From an uncultured Bacteroidales bacterium (GTDB lineage Bacteria > Bacteroidota > Bacteroidia > Bacteroidales > UBA932), in assembly GCA_944326385.1 (NCBI GenBank), contig CALVDT010000039.1, positions 17,144-81,143 of the forward strand: a stretch of 64,000 bases of DNA, written 5' to 3'. The notes beneath the pieces were generated by a model that saw nothing but the letters and a program-made list of their open reading frames with translations, was not told where the DNA came from and made no database searches. The position numbers were made by a program, and so were the translations under genes. The stretch's first letter is position 1. Every line of letters starts with the position of its first letter. This document shows, in pieces, positions 59,583 through 64,000 of the stretch.

Positions 59583-61856
59583 ATGCTTTTGATATTTCTT
59601 CACGCCATGCTGTCTGCTGCAGCTCCGTTTGTGTCTGCCGGACACGAGACCCGTGCTTATCCTGAAACTGATGCTGTGGTTCTGGATACCCTTTCCGGGG
59701 CTGTTCTTGTGTCATCCTTCAAGCAGGTGCTCGGACTCGACGATACGGCATCCCCTTTTACTGATATCGGTTTTGCCCGGATGGAGGAACGCGGGATAGA
59801 CGATATAAAGAAACTATCATCGGTCGTCCCGAATCTTCACATACCGGATTATGGATCGTCGATGACTTCCTCTGTCTACTTGAGAGGTCTCGGATCCCGC
59901 ATGGAGAATCCGGTCATGGGGATGTATGTGGACGATATCCCGGTCATGAACAAGAATGCATACGATATCGGACTGTACGACATCAGCAATGCCGCCCTGC
60001 TCAGAGGGCCTCAGTCGACTTTGTACGGGAGGAATTCCATGTGCGGGGTCCTCGTGCTGAATACCCTTTCTCCCAGGGATTACCGCGGCTCCAGGCTTTT
60101 GCTTGAATACGGGAATGCGAACACTTTCTCGGCCAGACTTTCCGTCTATGGCGATTCCGGTATCGGGGCATCAGTAGCATACCGGCATACCGACGGTTTC
60201 TATTTCAATACCTGCAGCAACGACTATGTGGACAAGTCCGATGCCCTCGATTTCAGGCTGCGAGCATGGAAGCAGCTGCGGAGGGATCTTGTGTTCGAGA
60301 ACATCCTGTCCGTATCGCTGATAGGCCAGGGAGGGTATCCATACCGCGAGTATGACCTTGAAACAGGCAGTCTTGCACCTCTGTCATATAATGATCCATG
60401 CGGCTATCGGCGGTTGAACGTGGTCGAGGGCTTGAAATTCAAACTGATGAATGAGAAATGGACATTGAGTTCCGTGACGAGCCTCCAGTTTCTTGCCGAC
60501 AGGATGCAGATGGACCAGGACTTCACTTCGAGATCAATGTTCACTCTTGTGCAGAGACAGAAGGAAGGTACTGTTACCCAGGAACTGGTACTCAAACCGG
60601 AGGCTGGGTGGAGGCGTCCATGGTGGACCTGGCAGACAGGGGGCTTCGCCTTTGCCAGATACAACGACATGTCAGCCCCTGTCAGGTTCAAGAAGGACGG
60701 TATAGAGGAGCTGATTCTGGCGAATGCAAACAAAGGTCTCGAATCGGTTTTCGGGGATGCGGAACTTTTGCTGCAGGAAAACGAATTCGATATTTCAAGT
60801 GACTTCGGGACCGTGGTGGCGGGAGCCGCCCTTTATCATGAGTCGTATTTCAGTGTCGGACGCTGGCTGTTCACTGCAGGCCTGAGGCTGGATTACGAAT
60901 GGTCGGGGATGGATTATGACAGTCGTGCACTGGTGCATTACAGTGTGAGACTGCCGTTCATGACCACTGATTTCACTCCGGTGGACTGTGTATATCAAGG
61001 CTATGAGTCCTTGGATTACGTGGAGGTGATGCCGAAGCTATCCGTATTGTACGATTTCGGCCGGGTGAAACTGTTTGCCGGCTTTTCTGAAGGGTACCGT
61101 TCCGGCGGTTTCAATACGCAGATTTTCTCTGATATTGTCCAGAACAGAATGATGGCGGGAATGATGGAGGGGACACCTGCTGAGGCTCCGGTCAGTGAAG
61201 TTGATGCCGATGATACCGTATACAGACCGGAAAAAAGCCTGAATGTGGATCTCGGTTCACGCTTCAGCTTCGATGCCGGAGGTCACAGGATAAGCGGTGC
61301 CTTGTCTGCGTACGGTATAATGTGTATCGATCAGCAGCTGACTGTCTTCCCGTCGGGCCAGTCTACAGGCAGGATGATGACCAATGCAGGCAAGTCCCGA
61401 AGCATCGGGCTCGAAGCCGAACTTTCGTACGGCATCGGGGATTTCACCTTTTCCGCTGCATATGGCTATTGTAATGCGCGGTTTGTGGAGTTTGATGACG
61501 GGATATCGGATTATGCCGGTAAAAGGATTCCGTATGCTCCGGAACATACCTTGAATCTGCTTGCAGGCTATCGTTGGGATCTGAAAGGTGACTATTTCCG
61601 CGCCATATCGGCATCCGTAGACATGTCCGCCGCCGGCAGGATATGGTGGGATGAGGCAAATTCCCTTTTTCAGCCTTTCCATGCGTTGCTCGGAGCCAAT
61701 GTCAGAGGCCACTTCAAGTGGTTTGATGTTTATCTCCGTGGTGAGAATCTCACCGACGCTGCATATGAGACCTTTTATTTCAAATCTGTGGGCAAGTCTT
61801 TTTTCCAGGTCGGCAAGCCGTTGAGGCTGACTGTCGGCCTTGCCGTAAATCTGTAA
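59583..61856 (+). CDS. TonB-dependent receptor (non-SusC type), substrate unknown
   Basis: VPNLHIPDYGS...YLRGLGSR...GMYVDD, LRGPQSTLYGRN and GYRSGGFN. Confidence 0.88.
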   Translation: MLLIFLHAMLSAAAPFVSAGHETRAYPETDAVVLDTLSGAVLVSSFKQVLGLDDTASPFTDIGFARMEERGIDDIKKLSSVVPNLHIPDYGSSMTSSVYLRGLGSRMENPVMGMYVDDIPVMNKNAYDIGLYDISNAALLRGPQSTLYGRNSMCGVLVLNTLSPRDYRGSRLLLEYGNANTFSARLSVYGDSGIGASVAYRHTDGFYFNTCSNDYVDKSDALDFRLRAWKQLRRDLVFENILSVSLIGQGGYPYREYDLETGSLAPLSYNDPCGYRRLNVVEGLKFKLMNEKWTLSSVTSLQFLADRMQMDQDFTSRSMFTLVQRQKEGTVTQELVLKPEAGWRRPWWTWQTGGFAFARYNDMSAPVRFKKDGIEELILANANKGLESVFGDAELLLQENEFDISSDFGTVVAGAALYHESYFSVGRWLFTAGLRLDYEWSGMDYDSRALVHYSVRLPFMTTDFTPVDCVYQGYESLDYVEVMPKLSVLYDFGRVKLFAGFSEGYRSGGFNTQIFSDIVQNRMMAGMMEGTPAEAPVSEVDADDTVYRPEKSLNVDLGSRFSFDAGGHRISGALSAYGIMCIDQQLTVFPSGQSTGRMMTNAGKSRSIGLEAELSYGIGDFTFSAAYGYCNARFVEFDDGISDYAGKRIPYAPEHTLNLLAGYRWDLKGDYFRAISASVDMSAAGRIWWDEANSLFQPFHALLGANVRGHFKWFDVYLRGENLTDAAYETFYFKSVGKSFFQVGKPLRLTVGLAVNL

Positions 61857-62038
61857 CAGGGTGAAGCCCTGTAAGACGAATCACTTGGGCCATAATGATA
61901 TAAATTCGTCGAACAGACGTTAAAATATTTTACTAAAACGGAGAACGGAATTACGATTTCGAAGGATTTTTAAAAAAGATGAAAAAATTTTTTCAGAAAT
62001 GTTTGGAATATCCTTTTGAATTGTTACCTTTGTTCTCA

Positions 62039-62123
62039 GACATAAGAATTTTTTTCGTGTCTATTTGTTAAGTTCGTTTTATATATGGGCAGGTTCCTTG
62101 GGGAGGGGACCTGCTTTTCTTTT
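62039..62123 (+). ncRNA. Candidate small RNA (~85 nt) with its own promoter and terminator
   Basis: -33 TTTG at 62002-62005, a 19-nt spacer, -7 TACCTTTG at 62025-62032, a U-rich body, then hairpin GCAGGTTCCT / GGGGACCTGC plus TTTTCTTTT. No credible ORF. Confidence 0.6.
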
Positions 62124-62170
62124 CATCTCATCCGGCATCGTCGCAAATAGGACATCAAGCGCATCAACGG

Positions 62171-62244
62171 AAAAGGGCGGCTCAGAAGGAGAATTTTCGA
62201 ATCAAGCGTAACGCAGAAAATACCCTTTTGAGTTCGCCCTCTTT
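62171..62244 (-). terminator. Long hairpin downstream of nagB (likely terminator)
   Basis: Imperfect inverted repeat AAAGGGCGGCTCAGAAGG ... CCTTTTGAGTTCGCCCTCTTT with terminal T runs. Confidence 0.5.
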
Positions 62245-62263
62245 AACGTCCCGGACGCTATGG

Positions 62264-63055
62264 CTACAGATTGTCCTTCTCGATATCCTTGAAGTATCTG
62301 TATGTGTTGACCTTCAGTTCTCCTGCAGCGAGTTCGTCGCATACTATGATCCCGTGAGGATGGGCCTGAAGGGCGGAAAGCGTGCATGCCTGCGAGTAGG
62401 AGCCTTCTACCGCCTGCTGAAGGGCGCGGGCTTTCTTGTGTCCGAATGCGAGCACAAGCACTTCCCTGGCATCCATCACTGTACCTACACCTACTGTAAG
62501 GGCAAGCTTCGGCACTTTTGTGATGTCATTGTCGAAGAATCTGGAATTCACCAGAATCGTGTCGTAGGTCAAGGTCTTTACGCGTGTGCGGGAAACAAGC
62601 GATGAGAACGGTTCGTTGAAGGCAAGATGGCCGTCTTCGCCTACTCCGCCCATGAACAGGTCGATTCCGCCGGCCGCCTTTATGCGCTCCTCGTATGAAG
62701 CACATTCGGCAGCGAGATCCGGTGCGTTGCCGTTCAGGATGTTTATGTTCTCCTTAGGCACATCCACGTGGTCGAAGAAGTTGTGCGCCATGAAAGAGTG
62801 GTAGCTCTCGGGATGTGATTCCGGAAGACCGACGTATTCATCCATGTTGAACGTGATTACATTCCTGAAGGAAATCTCTCCGGCCTTGTTCATGCGGATG
62901 AGTTCCTTGTAGGTGGCGATTGGGGTGGATCCCGTAGGAAGACCGAGGACGAACGGTTTGTCCGTCCCGGCTGCCTTTTCCTTGATTCTGGACACTATGT
63001 AGTGGGCTGCCCAGATGGCGCCCTTAGCGTCGTTTTCGTTGATTATGACTCTCAT
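62264..63055 (-). CDS. nagB: Glucosamine-6-phosphate deaminase
   Basis: [33 protein letters not shown] and NSRFF. Confidence 0.96.
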   Translation of the reverse strand: MRVIINENDAKGAIWAAHYIVSRIKEKAAGTDKPFVLGLPTGSTPIATYKELIRMNKAGEISFRNVITFNMDEYVGLPESHPESYHSFMAHNFFDHVDVPKENINILNGNAPDLAAECASYEERIKAAGGIDLFMGGVGEDGHLAFNEPFSSLVSRTRVKTLTYDTILVNSRFFDNDITKVPKLALTVGVGTVMDAREVLVLAFGHKKARALQQAVEGSYSQACTLSALQAHPHGIIVCDELAAGELKVNTYRYFKDIEKDNL

Positions 63056-63065
63056 GTACTGTTGA

Positions 63066-64000
63066 TTAGAATAATTTCACAAAGACTTCAATGGCCTGGT
63101 ATTCTGCCATGCCGAGCTCGTTGTACAGACGGGCCGTATTCTGCGTCCTGTCCTCAGCCCTCTGCCAGAATTCGCGAGGGTCTTCTCCAGGGAACGGTAC
63201 GATGTCCTTCTGCGATACGTGCCTGTATATGGCGTGACGTTTCTTGATAAGCTCGTCAGGACTTAGCGGAACTGCCATGTCCACCCTGCCGAGTTCCCAT
63301 TCCATCCATGCGCCGCGGTACATCCATACGTGACAGTCCTCCAGCCATGACTCGTCCTTGAGCTGCTCCAGTGCAGCGAGTACGGCTTCTGTGCATACCC
63401 TGTGTGTCCCGTGCGGATCCGCAAGGTCTCCTGCGATATAGATCTGGTGAGGTTTCACTTTCCGGAGCAGGTCGAGTATTATGTCGATGTCTTTCTGGGT
63501 CCTCTGCCCCTTCTTGATGCCTCCTGTTTCGTAGAAAGGAAGATTCAGGAAGTGTGCGTTGGTGTTTTCATTAAGGCCGAAGGAGCGCACTGCTGACCTG
63601 GCTTCAGCACGGCGGATTGCAGCCTTGATGTCGAGAAGCGCGCGAGGTTCAGGTTCGCCCGGTTTCTTGCCGGCCACTATGGCCTTGACTTCATCGAACT
63701 TGTCGGCGAATCCGAGTTCATGAGCCGTGTCCATATGCTGGAGCACTACATCGTCGTGTACGGCTACATTCCCGGAAGTCTCGTAAGCCACGTGCACATC
63801 ATGTCCCTGCTCTACAAGCCGGATGAATGTTCCTCCCATGGATATCACGTCATCGTCCGGATGCGGGGAGAATATGACTACCCTCTTCGGGAACGGTGCG
63901 GAAGGCACGGGACGGGTAGAGTCATCCGCATTCGGCTTCCCGCCTGGCCACCCTGTGATAGTATGCTGGAGGTCGTTGAATACATCGATATTTATCTTGT
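63066..64000 (-). CDS. NagB-II-type glucosamine-6-P deaminase-like protein, C-terminal PIG-L deacetylase-like domain (5' end outside the window)
   Basis: Frame is open to the window edge ([22 protein letters not shown]...). Motifs [21 protein letters not shown] and [10 protein letters not shown]. Confidence 0.88.
   Translation of the reverse strand, partial: KINIDVFNDLQHTITGWPGGKPNADDSTRPVPSAPFPKRVVIFSPHPDDDVISMGGTFIRLVEQGHDVHVAYETSGNVAVHDDVVLQHMDTAHELGFADKFDEVKAIVAGKKPGEPEPRALLDIKAAIRRAEARSAVRSFGLNENTNAHFLNLPFYETGGIKKGQRTQKDIDIILDLLRKVKPHQIYIAGDLADPHGTHRVCTEAVLAALEQLKDESWLEDCHVWMYRGAWMEWELGRVDMAVPLSPDELIKKRHAIYRHVSQKDIVPFPGEDPREFWQRAEDRTQNTARLYNELGMAEYQAIEVFVKLF

Overview
This 64 kb window looks like a gut Bacteroidales chromosome segment: it has SusC/SusD pairs, TAnnTTTG promoters and about 50% GC. 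Finer taxonomy cannot be established from the sequence alone. From left to right it contains: (1) PUL-1 (1-14680), with a 5'-truncated susC, susD, two surface lipoproteins sharing a C-terminal jelly-roll-like domain, a 50-aa unannotated peptide, GH16, a metallophosphoesterase, a six-hairpin GH and GH3; (2) an AAA+/DUF4143 ATPase and a deletion scar joining an EEP-phosphatase tail to a decapitated, frameshifted hybrid two-component system; (3) a housekeeping block (lgt, HAD, trxA, OMP, polyprenyl synthase, holB, ricT/yaaT, trmB, miaA, smpB, pfkA, UPF0210/ACT, tatAC); (4) a cobalamin-riboswitch-controlled btuG-B-F-C-D operon on the minus strand; (5) PUL-2 (37.2-58.4 kb), with two beta-helix GHs (the first interrupted at a G9 tract), susC/D, a fimbrillin-like lipoprotein, GH89, an unknown lipoprotein, a GH99/71-like+GH31 fusion and GH2-malectin, bracketed by two same-orientation arrays of a 53-bp palindromic unit; (6) rubredoxin, sod, a TonB receptor, a candidate ~85-nt sRNA, nagB and a NagB-II/PIG-L-type gene. 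The most notable unexplained signals are non-coding: a ~78-nt hairpin motif present twice with covarying stems just upstream of glycosidase start codons in both PULs, the 53-bp arrays flanking PUL-2, and an ERIC-like element. No CRISPR-Cas, transposase, integrase, rRNA or tRNA was recognised. All family assignments come from motif recognition by eye; no database searches were run.
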